Origin: Pseudothermotoga sp.
GTDB lineage: Bacteria; Thermotogota; Thermotogae; Thermotogales; DSM-5069
Strand: one strand, 5' to 3'
Assembly: GCA_031962025.1 (NCBI GenBank)
Contig: JAVRKW010000004.1
Length of the DNA stretch: 64,000 nt
Shown here: positions 30,404-40,060 of the stretch, piece by piece
Layout of the letters: every line of letters begins with the position of its first letter
Position numbering within the stretch: position 1 is the stretch's first letter
Made by a program: the position numbers and the translations under genes
Notes under the pieces: generated by a model
Databases searched by the model: none
The model's input: the letters and a program-made list of their open reading frames with translations, nothing else
What the model was told of the DNA's origin: nothing

Positions 30404-31543
30404 GTGTTTAAAAGAATGATTCTGATCACAATCTTTCTTTTTGCATATATCGTTGGGAGTGGTGGAGCTATGGAGCTTTTGGAAAAAGCCAATCAGATAA
30501 TAGCGGATTTCAAAAGCCAGATGAAGATCGACACAAGAGAAGTGGTTTTTACAGTTCGTGTTGATGCATCAGATAGTGAAATTAAACTGATTGGAGAAAT
30601 AAGCGACATTAAGTTGAAAGATGCGCTCATTAGCAAATTAACCGAGGTTTTGAAAGTACCTGTGGACGACAGATTGACTGTTCTGCCTGAGGATTCTCTC
30701 GGTGAAAAGAAATTTGCTGTGGTCAAAGTTGCGGTGACGAATCTGATGGATGGTCCAAGAAAAACTTTGCAGAAAAACGCAGTAACACAGGCAAGAATGG
30801 GTGAAATAGTCAGGTTACTGAAGCAGAATGGTGAGTGGTATCTTGTTCAGATGGAAGATTCTTACATAGGCTGGGTCGATGGCAAAAATCTGTGGATAAT
30901 AGATGAGATGACGCTGAATGACTATCTGTCAAAGAGTTTCGCTTTGGTGAAGAGCAAGTTCGCCGATGTTTACAGCCAGATGGACGAGCAAAGTAAAGTA
31001 GATGAAAAGCTCGTACAGGGTACGGTCATCCCTTATGTGCAGATCTATGGTGATTGGTCTGTGGTGGAGTTGCCCGGTAGAGAAAGGGTGTGCTTGAAAA
31101 GCTCTGATCTGGAATTTTTCAACTCGCGAGAAGAGGTTTTTGCAACCAAAAAAGGTGCCGATTACATAATCCAAATTGCAAAACAGTACCTTGGTCTTCC
31201 TTATCTTTGGGCTGGTACCACCTCATTTGGTTTTGATTGCTCTGGTTTCACACAGTTCTGTTTCAAAATGGCTGGCTATTTTTTAAGAAGAGATGCAGAT
31301 ATGCAGTTTGAACAGGGTGAGGTGGTTGAAAACAGAGAAGATCTGCAGCCGGCAGATCTGGTGTTTTTCCAGACGTATAAGCCCGGTCCTTCACACGTAG
31401 GTATTTACATAGGTGACATGAAGTACATTCACTCTGGAAGTAACGGTGTGGCGATCAACAGTTTTGACTCATCCAGCCCCGAATACTCGGAAAGCCTTGA
31501 CAAAAAATACATAGGTGCTCGAAGAATCCTTCCGCGGTGGTGA
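30404..31543 (+). CDS. SH3 plus NlpC/P60 peptidase (YkfC-like gamma-D-glutamyl-diamino acid endopeptidase)
   Basis: Signal peptide; PYLWAG..FGFDCSGF, RDA, HVGIY, IHS catalytic pattern. Confidence 0.88.
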   Translation: MFKRMILITIFLFAYIVGSGGAMELLEKANQIIADFKSQMKIDTREVVFTVRVDASDSEIKLIGEISDIKLKDALISKLTEVLKVPVDDRLTVLPEDSLGEKKFAVVKVAVTNLMDGPRKTLQKNAVTQARMGEIVRLLKQNGEWYLVQMEDSYIGWVDGKNLWIIDEMTLNDYLSKSFALVKSKFADVYSQMDEQSKVDEKLVQGTVIPYVQIYGDWSVVELPGRERVCLKSSDLEFFNSREEVFATKKGADYIIQIAKQYLGLPYLWAGTTSFGFDCSGFTQFCFKMAGYFLRRDADMQFEQGEVVENREDLQPADLVFFQTYKPGPSHVGIYIGDMKYIHSGSNGVAINSFDSSSPEYSESLDKKYIGARRILPRW

Positions 31544-31547
31544 GTGG

Positions 31548-32522
31548 ATGAACATACTTCAGATTGAAGATCTGTCCGTAAAATTCTTCACAGGTGACGG
31601 AATAGTCAATGCGGTGGATCACGTGACCTTTTCAATAGGAAAGGAAGAAGTTCTCGGACTGGTTGGAGAATCTGGTTGCGGCAAATCTGTAACATCACTT
31701 GCTATAATGAGATTACTGCCGATGCCACCGGCAAAAATTACATCTGGCAGGATCATTTTCGAGAAAGAAAATTTACTTGAAAAACCAGAATCAGAAATGA
31801 GACAGATCAGGGGCAATGTGATCTCGATGATCTTTCAGGAACCGATGACATCGCTCAACCCGGTAATCACCATCGGAAAGCAGATATCCGAGGCAATCAT
31901 TGTGCACCAGAATGTCAGCAAAGATGAAGCCAGAAAAAGAGCCATCGAAATGCTCAAAGTCGTTGGCATCCCAAACCCTGAAAAGCGGTACAATGATTAT
32001 CCCCACCAGATGTCAGGTGGAATGAGGCAGAGAGTCATGATAGCGATGGCTCTATCTTGCAACCCAAAGCTCCTCATTGCCGATGAGCCAACAACGGCTC
32101 TTGATGTGACGGTGCAAGCCCAGATACTCGATCTGATGATGGATTTGAAAAGAAAATTCGGCATGAGTCTGCTTTTGATAACACACGATCTTGGAGTAAT
32201 TGCCGAGATGTGCGACAGAGTTTTGGTAATGTATGCCGGGCAAATAGTTGAAGAAGCCCCCTGCATGGAATTGTTCGACAATCCACTGCATCCGTACACG
32301 GTCGGATTGTTGAAATCAATACCAAAACTCGAACCAGGAAAACACCCGCTTCACACGATTGAAGGTAATGTCCCAAATGCAATTGAATTTCCAAGTGGTT
32401 GTAGATTTCATCCAAGATGTGATAAAGCTATTCAAATCTGCAGGCAGAAGGCTCCCTCACTGATAAATCTTTCAAATAGAAAGGTCAGATGCTTTTTGAG
32501 GGGTTCTGTTCCAGAGGATTAA
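31548..32522 (+). CDS. Peptide ABC transporter ATPase (DppD/OppD)
   Basis: GESGCGKS, FQEPMTSLNP, MSGGMRQR, ADEPT, GCRFHPRC. Confidence 0.94.
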   Translation: MNILQIEDLSVKFFTGDGIVNAVDHVTFSIGKEEVLGLVGESGCGKSVTSLAIMRLLPMPPAKITSGRIIFEKENLLEKPESEMRQIRGNVISMIFQEPMTSLNPVITIGKQISEAIIVHQNVSKDEARKRAIEMLKVVGIPNPEKRYNDYPHQMSGGMRQRVMIAMALSCNPKLLIADEPTTALDVTVQAQILDLMMDLKRKFGMSLLLITHDLGVIAEMCDRVLVMYAGQIVEEAPCMELFDNPLHPYTVGLLKSIPKLEPGKHPLHTIEGNVPNAIEFPSGCRFHPRCDKAIQICRQKAPSLINLSNRKVRCFLRGSVPED

Positions 32523-32568
32523 AAAGCCATGGGTTTGGAAAATCTATGTGTTATTAAGAGGTGAAAAA

Positions 32569-33534
32569 ATGGTCGTAGTTGAAGTGAGAGATCTTGTCAA
32601 ATACTTTCCGATTAAGGGTGGAGTTTTTCAAAGAACTGTTGCAAATGTGAAAGCAGTTGACGGTGTGAGTTTTTACATAAAAAAAGGTGAGACCTTCGGG
32701 CTTGTTGGAGAAAGTGGATGTGGTAAAACCACTATAGGTAGATGTGTTTTGAGATTGATAGAGCCAACGAGCGGTAAGATCTTTTTCAAAGGAATTGACA
32801 TCACAGACATGAATCAGAAAGAATTGAGAAAGCTTCGTCCAAAGATGCAGATCGTTTTTCAGGATCCGTACAGTTCTCTGAACCCCAGATTGACGATAAA
32901 AGACATTGTCGGTGAAGCGATGATCTACCACAATATCATCAGCCGCAGAGACCTTGAAAAAAGAGTCAAAGAACTGCTCGATATGGTTGGACTTCTGCCG
33001 GAACACATCAACAGATATCCCCATGAGTTTTCCGGTGGTCAGAGACAGAGGATTTGCATTGCCAGAGCCCTTTCAACTGAACCGGATCTGATAGTCTGCG
33101 ATGAAGCTGTCTCCGCTTTGGATGTTTCTATACAGAGCCAGATACTGAGACTTCTTGAAAATCTGCAACAAAAACTTGGAGTGGCTTATTTGTTCATATC
33201 CCATGCTTTGAATGTCGTCAAGTACATATCTCATAGAATTGGTGTCATGTACCTTGGAAAGATGGTTGAACTCGCTGAGAGTGAAGAGCTTTACTGTAAC
33301 CCGCTCCATCCGTACACAAAGGCATTGATTTCGGCAGTCCCTGTGCCAGACCCAAAGGTGAAAAGACAAAAGATCGTTTTAAAGGGTGATGTGCCAAGTC
33401 CTATAAACCCGCCGCAGGGTTGCAGGTTCGTAACAAGATGTCCCTATGCGCTGTCTGTATGCAGTGATGTACAACCGCAACTTGAAGAAGTCGCGTCAGG
33501 ACATTTCGTTGCCTGCCATCTTTATAAAAGGTGA
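32569..33534 (+). CDS. Peptide ABC transporter ATPase (DppF/OppF)
   Basis: [34 protein letters not shown]. Confidence 0.94.
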   Translation: MVVVEVRDLVKYFPIKGGVFQRTVANVKAVDGVSFYIKKGETFGLVGESGCGKTTIGRCVLRLIEPTSGKIFFKGIDITDMNQKELRKLRPKMQIVFQDPYSSLNPRLTIKDIVGEAMIYHNIISRRDLEKRVKELLDMVGLLPEHINRYPHEFSGGQRQRICIARALSTEPDLIVCDEAVSALDVSIQSQILRLLENLQQKLGVAYLFISHALNVVKYISHRIGVMYLGKMVELAESEELYCNPLHPYTKALISAVPVPDPKVKRQKIVLKGDVPSPINPPQGCRFVTRCPYALSVCSDVQPQLEEVASGHFVACHLYKR

Positions 33535-34208
33535 ACTTGTAAAAGCATACCTGCCTGAAGCTTGAAAATTTTGTTTGCAAGGTCATTCAAATACCTCAAC
33601 TGGTGCGATACTATCACAGTTGCCTTTTGGTTTTTTTTCCAGTTTTGCAGTATATCCCTGAGAGATTCTTTGCCATGTTTGTCTAAACCCACAAAGGGTT
33701 CGTCTAAAATGAGCACAAGTGGTTCATGTGCGATCATAGAGGCAATGGCTACCTTACGTGCTTCACCACCCGAAAGTTCGTACGGAGTTTTAGAAAAAAG
33801 AGTCTGATCTATTCCAACGAGTTTTGCCACATTTTCTACGCGTTCTTTGATCCTATCAAGCTGGAAATTTTTCGAAGCAAATGCTATTTCATCAAAAACT
33901 GTGTCGCAACAAAAAGAGTCTTCTGCATACTGCATGACAAAACCTATTTTCTTGAAATAATCCTTCTGCTCGTAAATGGATTTTTCATTGAATGTGACAG
34001 AACCCGATTTTGGCTTCAAAATTCCGGCGATTATCCTGAGCAATGTTGATTTCCCGGCGCCGTTGTCGCCGGTTATTAAAATGAAATCCCCCGGTTCTAT
34101 TGACAGGTTTATTCCTTTTAAAATTGGTTTTGAATTATCATAGGAAAAAACCACATCCTGTAATTTTATCTGAAAGGCGCTCATAGACCTTACCTCATTT
34201 TTCAACAT
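33522..34208 (-). CDS. ECF transporter ATPase (EcfA'/CbiO-like)
   Basis: GDNGAGKS, MQYAE, LSGGE, LDEP, SH. Confidence 0.85.
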   Translation of the reverse strand: MLKNEVRSMSAFQIKLQDVVFSYDNSKPILKGINLSIEPGDFILITGDNGAGKSTLLRIIAGILKPKSGSVTFNEKSIYEQKDYFKKIGFVMQYAEDSFCCDTVFDEIAFASKNFQLDRIKERVENVAKLVGIDQTLFSKTPYELSGGEARKVAIASMIAHEPLVLILDEPFVGLDKHGKESLRDILQNWKKNQKATVIVSHQLRYLNDLANKIFKLQAGMLLQVHLL

Positions 34209-34881
34209 CGTCTATGGGAGATTTGATGAATTCATCAATTGAGCCGTCAAAATCCACTGTTCCATCAGAAAGATGGACTATTCTACCTGCAAGATCGATG
34301 AACTGGTGTATTTCATGAGTTGAGACAATTACGGTCACGTTCATTTGGTTTAAGGTTTTCAGTACCTCTTTTACCTGTCTATAACCAGTGTCGTCGAGCA
34401 TGGATGTTGGTTCATCCAAGAGCAAGTACTTTGGTTTCAGAACAGCTACAGAGGCAATTGCCAGTCTTTGTGCCTGTCCGGCTGACAGATTCAAAGGATC
34501 TTCATATCTGAGTTGGCGCAGTTGAAATACATCAAGGGCTTTTTCAACCAGCTCCTGCATGGTGTTTCTTGGCACCCCCATGTTCTCAAGTCCGAATGCG
34601 ATGTCTTCTTCAACTGTCGAACCGGTTATCTGATTAATCGGATTGTGAAAAACATACCCGCTCAACAACCTCAAATCTTGCTGTGAAAGCTCTCTGTCAT
34701 CTGAAAATATCTTGCCCGTTTGAATCGGAAGTAGCCCAGCCAGTATTTTCAAAAGAGTCGTTTTTCCCGAGCCGTTAGCGCCTACAAGGAGAATAAAATC
34801 ACCGTCATGTATTGAAAGATTGACTTTTTTGAGTGCCACTGCGGACCTGTAACTGAAACTCAAATCCACTACCCGTAGCAT
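34195..34881 (-). CDS. ECF transporter ATPase (EcfA/CbiO-like)
   Basis: GANGSGKT, TVEEDIAFGLEN, LSAGQ, LDEPT. Confidence 0.87.
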   Translation of the reverse strand: MLRVVDLSFSYRSAVALKKVNLSIHDGDFILLVGANGSGKTTLLKILAGLLPIQTGKIFSDDRELSQQDLRLLSGYVFHNPINQITGSTVEEDIAFGLENMGVPRNTMQELVEKALDVFQLRQLRYEDPLNLSAGQAQRLAIASVAVLKPKYLLLDEPTSMLDDTGYRQVKEVLKTLNQMNVTVIVSTHEIHQFIDLAGRIVHLSDGTVDFDGSIDEFIKSPIDDVEK

Positions 34882-34883
34882 TT

Positions 34884-35477
34884 CTACACCCTTAGCGACC
34901 TGTATATCCTTATTCCGCCTTCTTTGTATATATCATCGACATTACCAAAGATTTCCATCATCGCTTTTTTTATGTAACTGCCACCTTTGTTGTGGTATGC
35001 AACCACCTGCAAGGAACCGTTGTCTTTGAGATGTTCAATCGATTCAACGATCATTCTGAGGACGACTTTTTTCCCCGCAGCCATGGGCGGATTGGTCAGG
35101 ATCATGTCAAATCTCTCACTTTCCCAGGGTTCATAAAATGCCCCGTGCTTTATCGTCACATCGACGTTGTTGTTCTTGGCATTGATTTTGGCAAATTCAA
35201 CTGCCCGTGAATTGATATCACTCATAAAAACTTCAAGATCAGGGTACTCACCCTTGAGTACGATTCCAATTGCGCCATAACCGCACCCAAGATCGAGCAG
35301 ACTGTTTCCATGAATGATAGCATGTTCAATCAATATTCTGGTGGCTTTATCGATTTCACCGAAACTGAAGACGCCCGAGGGCGTCTGAAAGTTATATGTT
35401 CTACCATTTTTTAATTTGAACAGAACAGACTTAATCCTCAATTCACTGGTTGGCTTTTCACTGTAATAGTGTTCCAT
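34884..35477 (-). CDS. Class I SAM-dependent methyltransferase (RsmC/YbxB-like)
   Basis: MEHYYSEKP, GVFS...D, LDLGCGYG, NPP. Confidence 0.87.
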   Translation of the reverse strand: MEHYYSEKPTSELRIKSVLFKLKNGRTYNFQTPSGVFSFGEIDKATRILIEHAIIHGNSLLDLGCGYGAIGIVLKGEYPDLEVFMSDINSRAVEFAKINAKNNNVDVTIKHGAFYEPWESERFDMILTNPPMAAGKKVVLRMIVESIEHLKDNGSLQVVAYHNKGGSYIKKAMMEIFGNVDDIYKEGGIRIYRSLRV

Positions 35478-35486
35478 ACCATCACC

Positions 35487-35510
35487 AAAAAAGGGGGCAA
35501 AAGCCCCCAA
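35487..35510 (-). terminator. Terminator after ppdK
   Basis: Minus strand GGGGGC-TTTT-GCCCCC-TTTTTT. Confidence 0.8.
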
Positions 35511-35513
35511 GGT

Positions 35514-38177
35514 TCAATCCTCTGATTTTTTGGCTTTATCCATAAGTGCTGCCTGAGCGGCTGCAAGTCTTGCCACAGGTACTCTGTAAGGTGAACAGCT
35601 CACATAGTCAAGACCGGCTTTGTGGAAGAAATGAATTGAACGCGGATCTCCTCCGTGCTCACCGCAGACTCCGACCTTGAGGTTGGCTCTCACCGATTTT
35701 CCTTTCTTTGTACCCATTTCAACGAGAGCTCCAACACCAACCTGGTCTATGGACTTGAATGGATCATGTTCGAGAATGCCTTTCTGCAGGTACTCTGGCA
35801 GGAATTTACCGACATCATCTCGGCTGAAAGCAAAAGTCATCTGAGTCAAATCATTTGTACCAAAGCTGAAGAATTCCGCTTCTTTTGCAATCTCATCGGC
35901 TGTGACACAGGCTCTTGGAACTTCGATCATGGTTCCGATTTTGTAATCGATCTTCACACCGGATTCTTTTATCATCTGGTCTGCTACTTCTTTGATTATC
36001 TTTTTGAGGAAAATGAGTTCATTCACATGTCCAACCAATGGAATCATTATTTCCGGGATGACATCAAGATTTGACTCTTTTTTCAATTCAATTGCAGCTC
36101 CAATGATCGCTCTTGTCTGCATCACGGCAATTTCCGGATAAGTAATCGTGAGACGACATCCTCTATGACCGAGCATCGGGTTTAGTTCGCTTAAAGATTC
36201 AACAACGTCTTTCAGTTCTTTTTCGGATATTCCAAGCTCTTTGGCTGTGGCTTTAATCTGTTCATCATCGTGTGGCAAAAATTCATGAAGTGGTGGGTCG
36301 ATCAATCTTATGGTAACCGGATAGCCTGCCATAGTTTTGAACAAACCTTTGAAATCGTCCTTTTGGAGTGGCAACAATTCTGCAAGAGCCTTTTCTCTTT
36401 CTTCTTTTGTCTTTGCAACGATCATTCTTCTGACCTTCGGTATTCTGTCTTTTTCGAAGAACATGTGCTCAGTGCGGCACAAACCTATACCTTCTGCACC
36501 GAATTTCCTTGCCACTTCGGCATCTCTTGGTATGTCTGCGTTCGCTCTCACACCCAGTCTTCTGATCTGGTTAGCCCACTGTAGTAACTCAGCAACTTCA
36601 CCTTCCAAGCCAACTGGTTTGATCGTCGGTACTTTGCCAAGCAGTACCTCACCGGTGGAACCGTCTATTGAGATCCATTCTCCTTCCTTTACGATCGTCT
36701 TGTTAACTCTGAGAAATCCTTCTTCTTCCTTAACTTCTATTGTTTCTGCGCCGACCACGGCAGGTTTACCCATACCACGTGCCACAACTGCCGCATGAGA
36801 GGTCATTCCACCTCTGGATGTGAGTATTCCCTGTGCAAATGCCATACCACCGACGTCCTCAGGGCTTGTTTCCGGTCTCACCAGGATCACCTGTTCACCA
36901 GAGCGTCCAAGCTCTTCAGCTTTTGCAGCATGGAAGATGACCTTCCCAGTTGCGGCACCGGGAGAAGCAGGTAAGCCTTTGGCTATAACCGTGACGGATG
37001 CCCTTGCTTTTTCATCGAAGCGTGGATGGAGTACCCTTTCAACGTCTTCTGTTTTCACGCGCATCACAGCATCTTGCTTTGTAATGAGTCCTTCGTGTAC
37101 CATGTCCACGGCAATTTTTATAGCCGCGCGGGATGTTCTCTTTCCACTTCTGGTTTGAAGCATGTACAGCTTGCCTTCTTCGATTGTGAATTCTATATCC
37201 TGCATATCTTTGTAGTGTTCTTCCAGTTTTTTCATTATCTTTATCAATTCATCGTAAACAGAAGGCATGATCCTCTTGAGTTCTGAAAGTGGCATGGGAG
37301 TTCTGATACCTGCCACAACATCCTCACCCTGTGCGTTCTGCAAAAACTCGCCGTAAACCACATTTTCACCGGTATTGGGATTCCGTGTAAATGCAACTCC
37401 GGTTCCAGATTTATCACCCATGTTTCCAAAGACCATCGCCACGATATTGACCGCTGTTCCAAGCATCTGATCTTCTCTTATGTTGTTTATCTCTCTGTAT
37501 TTGATTGCCCTATCGCTCATCCAGCTTCCAAATACCGCGTCGATGGCAAGCCAGAGTTGCTTTTCCACGTCCTGCGGGAATTCTTTCTTTTCCTCTTTAT
37601 ATATTTCTTTGTAGATCAGAACGAGTTTTTTCAGATCGTTTTCATCGAGTTCGACGTCGAGTTTGACTCCTTTTGCCTTTTTCATTTCTTCGAGTGCATT
37701 TTCGAATTTGTTTTTGGGCATACCAAGGGCAGTATCGCCGAACATCTGAAGGAATCTTCTGTAGGCATCGTAGGCAAAGCGAGGATTGTTGGTCATTTTC
37801 GCAAGACCTTCAACGGTTTTGTCGTTCAAACCAAGGTTGAGAATCGTGTCCATCATACCAGGCATCGATATAGCCGCACCGGATCTCACGGACACAAGCA
37901 ATGGCTTATCTGGATCTCCAAAGCCTTTTCCAGTGACCTGTTCGAGTCTTTTCATGGCTCTGGAAACTTCTTCTTTTAATCCATCAGGATAAGTGCGATT
38001 GTTTTGATAAAAGTACCTGCACACTTCAGCAGAGATTGTGAAACCTGGCGGAACGGGTATACCAAGATTCGTCATCTCGGCAAGATTTGCGCCTTTTCCA
38101 CCGAGAATGTCCTTCATATCGGCGCGTCCTTCGGCTGACCCATTTGCAAAAAAGTAAACCAGTTTCTTTGTCATCAC
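35514..38177 (-). CDS. ppdK: Pyruvate, phosphate dikinase
   Basis: LGGKGANLAEM, SMPGMMDT, GGMTSHAAV (phospho-His), GLCRTEHMF, SFGTNDLTQ. Confidence 0.98.
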   Translation of the reverse strand: MMTKKLVYFFANGSAEGRADMKDILGGKGANLAEMTNLGIPVPPGFTISAEVCRYFYQNNRTYPDGLKEEVSRAMKRLEQVTGKGFGDPDKPLLVSVRSGAAISMPGMMDTILNLGLNDKTVEGLAKMTNNPRFAYDAYRRFLQMFGDTALGMPKNKFENALEEMKKAKGVKLDVELDENDLKKLVLIYKEIYKEEKKEFPQDVEKQLWLAIDAVFGSWMSDRAIKYREINNIREDQMLGTAVNIVAMVFGNMGDKSGTGVAFTRNPNTGENVVYGEFLQNAQGEDVVAGIRTPMPLSELKRIMPSVYDELIKIMKKLEEHYKDMQDIEFTIEEGKLYMLQTRSGKRTSRAAIKIAVDMVHEGLITKQDAVMRVKTEDVERVLHPRFDEKARASVTVIAKGLPASPGAATGKVIFHAAKAEELGRSGEQVILVRPETSPEDVGGMAFAQGILTSRGGMTSHAAVVARGMGKPAVVGAETIEVKEEEGFLRVNKTIVKEGEWISIDGSTGEVLLGKVPTIKPVGLEGEVAELLQWANQIRRLGVRANADIPRDAEVARKFGAEGIGLCRTEHMFFEKDRIPKVRRMIVAKTKEEREKALAELLPLQKDDFKGLFKTMAGYPVTIRLIDPPLHEFLPHDDEQIKATAKELGISEKELKDVVESLSELNPMLGHRGCRLTITYPEIAVMQTRAIIGAAIELKKESNLDVIPEIMIPLVGHVNELIFLKKIIKEVADQMIKESGVKIDYKIGTMIEVPRACVTADEIAKEAEFFSFGTNDLTQMTFAFSRDDVGKFLPEYLQKGILEHDPFKSIDQVGVGALVEMGTKKGKSVRANLKVGVCGEHGGDPRSIHFFHKAGLDYVSCSPYRVPVARLAAAQAALMDKAKKSED

Positions 38178-38186
38178 TGCACCTCC

Positions 38187-39488
38187 TCATTTGAGATACC
38201 AGTTTACTGTGAAGGCTTTATCATTCACCGTGCTTGTAAGCACAAAAATTGAATCCACATTCATGCCAAGTAATTTCTCCAACATTGGAGCGAAATCCAC
38301 ACAGATGAATACGGGCATATTCTGTGGATCATAGAATTTCACGATTTTGTCAAAAGAACCTCTCTGGTTTGAAAATTCAGCAGGAACAGAAGAATAAAAC
38401 CTGATCTGTCCATTGTCGCTGGTAACATAAATTCCATCCAGATCCAGATATCGCGTACCTTTCGCTGTTTTTATTTGACCTTTAAGCGCCTGCTGAAGCT
38501 CTTCGAGTTTTATGTTCCCACCAGTAACACCGTAAATAACTGGATTGGCAACTTTTTGATTTGTTTGACTCTGCTGAGGCGAAAGCAGATTTTCCAGTAC
38601 ATTGCTTATTTTCATTGAAATTGCCATCTGACCTGTCAGCTTATTTGATAGATTCATAAATTGTTCGAACTGCTCTTCTATAACCTCTGTTTCCGTTGCG
38701 GCTAAGGAAATGGGGATCTTGGAAAGCATGTCAGAGAAATTCAAACCCTTGTACGCGGCACTCAAAGATGCAAAATTGGACACATTGGCAAATAAGAATA
38801 TTTCCCCACCGATGTTTGGATCTTTGTACATATCAAAATTCTTTGATGGCTTCATGTCTTTCAACAGAGCAATGGCTTTTTCATTCTGTGCATAGATCAC
38901 CGACTCGCCAACCAGCTTATCCTGGAGTACTTTGACTGTTGCATTCAGAGAAAATATCGAATCTTCTACGACTAATTTTGGAGAAAAGACAACTGCCCAT
39001 ACAGCGGTATCTGAAAACTGTTTTTGTACTTCATCTGGTATCTTGCCCCCGCCTTTTTGACATTTTCCGAGCAGTTCAGAGCTTGTTGAGATCAAAAGAT
39101 AATCACCATTCTGTGCAACATATGTTCCTGAGCCAAAAATACCGGAAATTGCTTTTACAAGTTTGGATGCGTATTTTGACGGACCAAGGACCGCAGCCAT
39201 GTCCTGACCTGAAAGAACAACGAGGATGTCTTTGCTCAAAAGATCGTTTAACTGATCGATTGTTGCACCATACTGAACCAGCGAGCTTGCCAGCATTCCT
39301 TGAATCATCGGTTCGATGCCAAGTCCGTTCGTCAGGATGTCGATCAACTGTACTTTTTTAGCCATAGAGTAGTGGTCTGAATTGTTTTTTGCGAGGATCA
39401 GTTGATCATAACTTGCCGGCACAAATTGCGTAACTGCAAACACACACATGGTAAGTAAAAGCAAGAACAACACATATACCTTTTTCAT
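38187..39488 (-). CDS. Secreted hypothetical protein
   Basis: Long ORF, signal peptide MKKVYVLFLLLLTMCVFA, GGGAGG RBS. Confidence 0.7.
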   Translation of the reverse strand: MKKVYVLFLLLLTMCVFAVTQFVPASYDQLILAKNNSDHYSMAKKVQLIDILTNGLGIEPMIQGMLASSLVQYGATIDQLNDLLSKDILVVLSGQDMAAVLGPSKYASKLVKAISGIFGSGTYVAQNGDYLLISTSSELLGKCQKGGGKIPDEVQKQFSDTAVWAVVFSPKLVVEDSIFSLNATVKVLQDKLVGESVIYAQNEKAIALLKDMKPSKNFDMYKDPNIGGEIFLFANVSNFASLSAAYKGLNFSDMLSKIPISLAATETEVIEEQFEQFMNLSNKLTGQMAISMKISNVLENLLSPQQSQTNQKVANPVIYGVTGGNIKLEELQQALKGQIKTAKGTRYLDLDGIYVTSDNGQIRFYSSVPAEFSNQRGSFDKIVKFYDPQNMPVFICVDFAPMLEKLLGMNVDSIFVLTSTVNDKAFTVNWYLK

Positions 39489-39672
39489 AACGAGCCCTCC
39501 CAAATATTTGCGTTTTCAATCAATAATACCATGAAAATTGGCAACAGATAGCTTTTACTTTCAAAATCACTTTGAAATGAGGTTTTTCTCATTAATTCAT
39601 TTTATATTTTGAGTTTCCATCGTTATTTGATTGACATCAACCGGTGATTTTTCACCTTTGATCAAGGGGGAC

Positions 39673-39702
39673 TTGAAATCACCCTCTCAAAAGTGTTATT
39701 AT
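39673..39702 (+). promoter_or_regulatory. Promoter of the HU gene
   Basis: TTGAAA-18 nt-TATTAT with TG extension, followed by a GGGAGAT/ATCTCCC leader hairpin. Confidence 0.5.
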
Positions 39703-39758
39703 TCTTGCAAGAGGGAGATCTCATCTCCCGGAACCCTATAGAAGGAGGGGGATAACAG

Positions 39759-40031
39759 ATGAACAAGAAGGAACTTGTCGACAAAGTGACAAAGAAAGCC
39801 GGACTCAAGAAGAAGGACGTCAAGAAAGTCGTGGACATGGTCTTTGAAACAGTCACAGATGCACTTGCCAAGGGCGAGAAGGTTCAACTCGTTGGATTTG
39901 GAAGCTTTGAAGTCAGAAAAGCCGCATCCAGAAAAGGCGTAAACCCGCAGACAAAGAAGCCCATCACAATTCCTGCAAGAAAAGTTCCAAAATTCAAACC
40001 CGGCAAAGCACTCAAAGAGAAAGTCAAGTAA
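39759..40031 (+). CDS. hup: DNA-binding protein HU
   Basis: MNKKELV...VQLVGFGSFEV...GVNPQT...VPKFKPGKALKE. Confidence 0.97.
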   Translation: MNKKELVDKVTKKAGLKKKDVKKVVDMVFETVTDALAKGEKVQLVGFGSFEVRKAASRKGVNPQTKKPITIPARKVPKFKPGKALKEKVK

Positions 40032-40035
40032 TATC

Positions 40036-40060
40036 AAAGAGGGGGACCTGCCCCCTCTTT
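40036..40060. terminator. Bidirectional terminator between hup and mnmE
   Basis: AAAGAGGGGG-acctg-CCCCCTCTTT between convergent genes. Confidence 0.8.
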
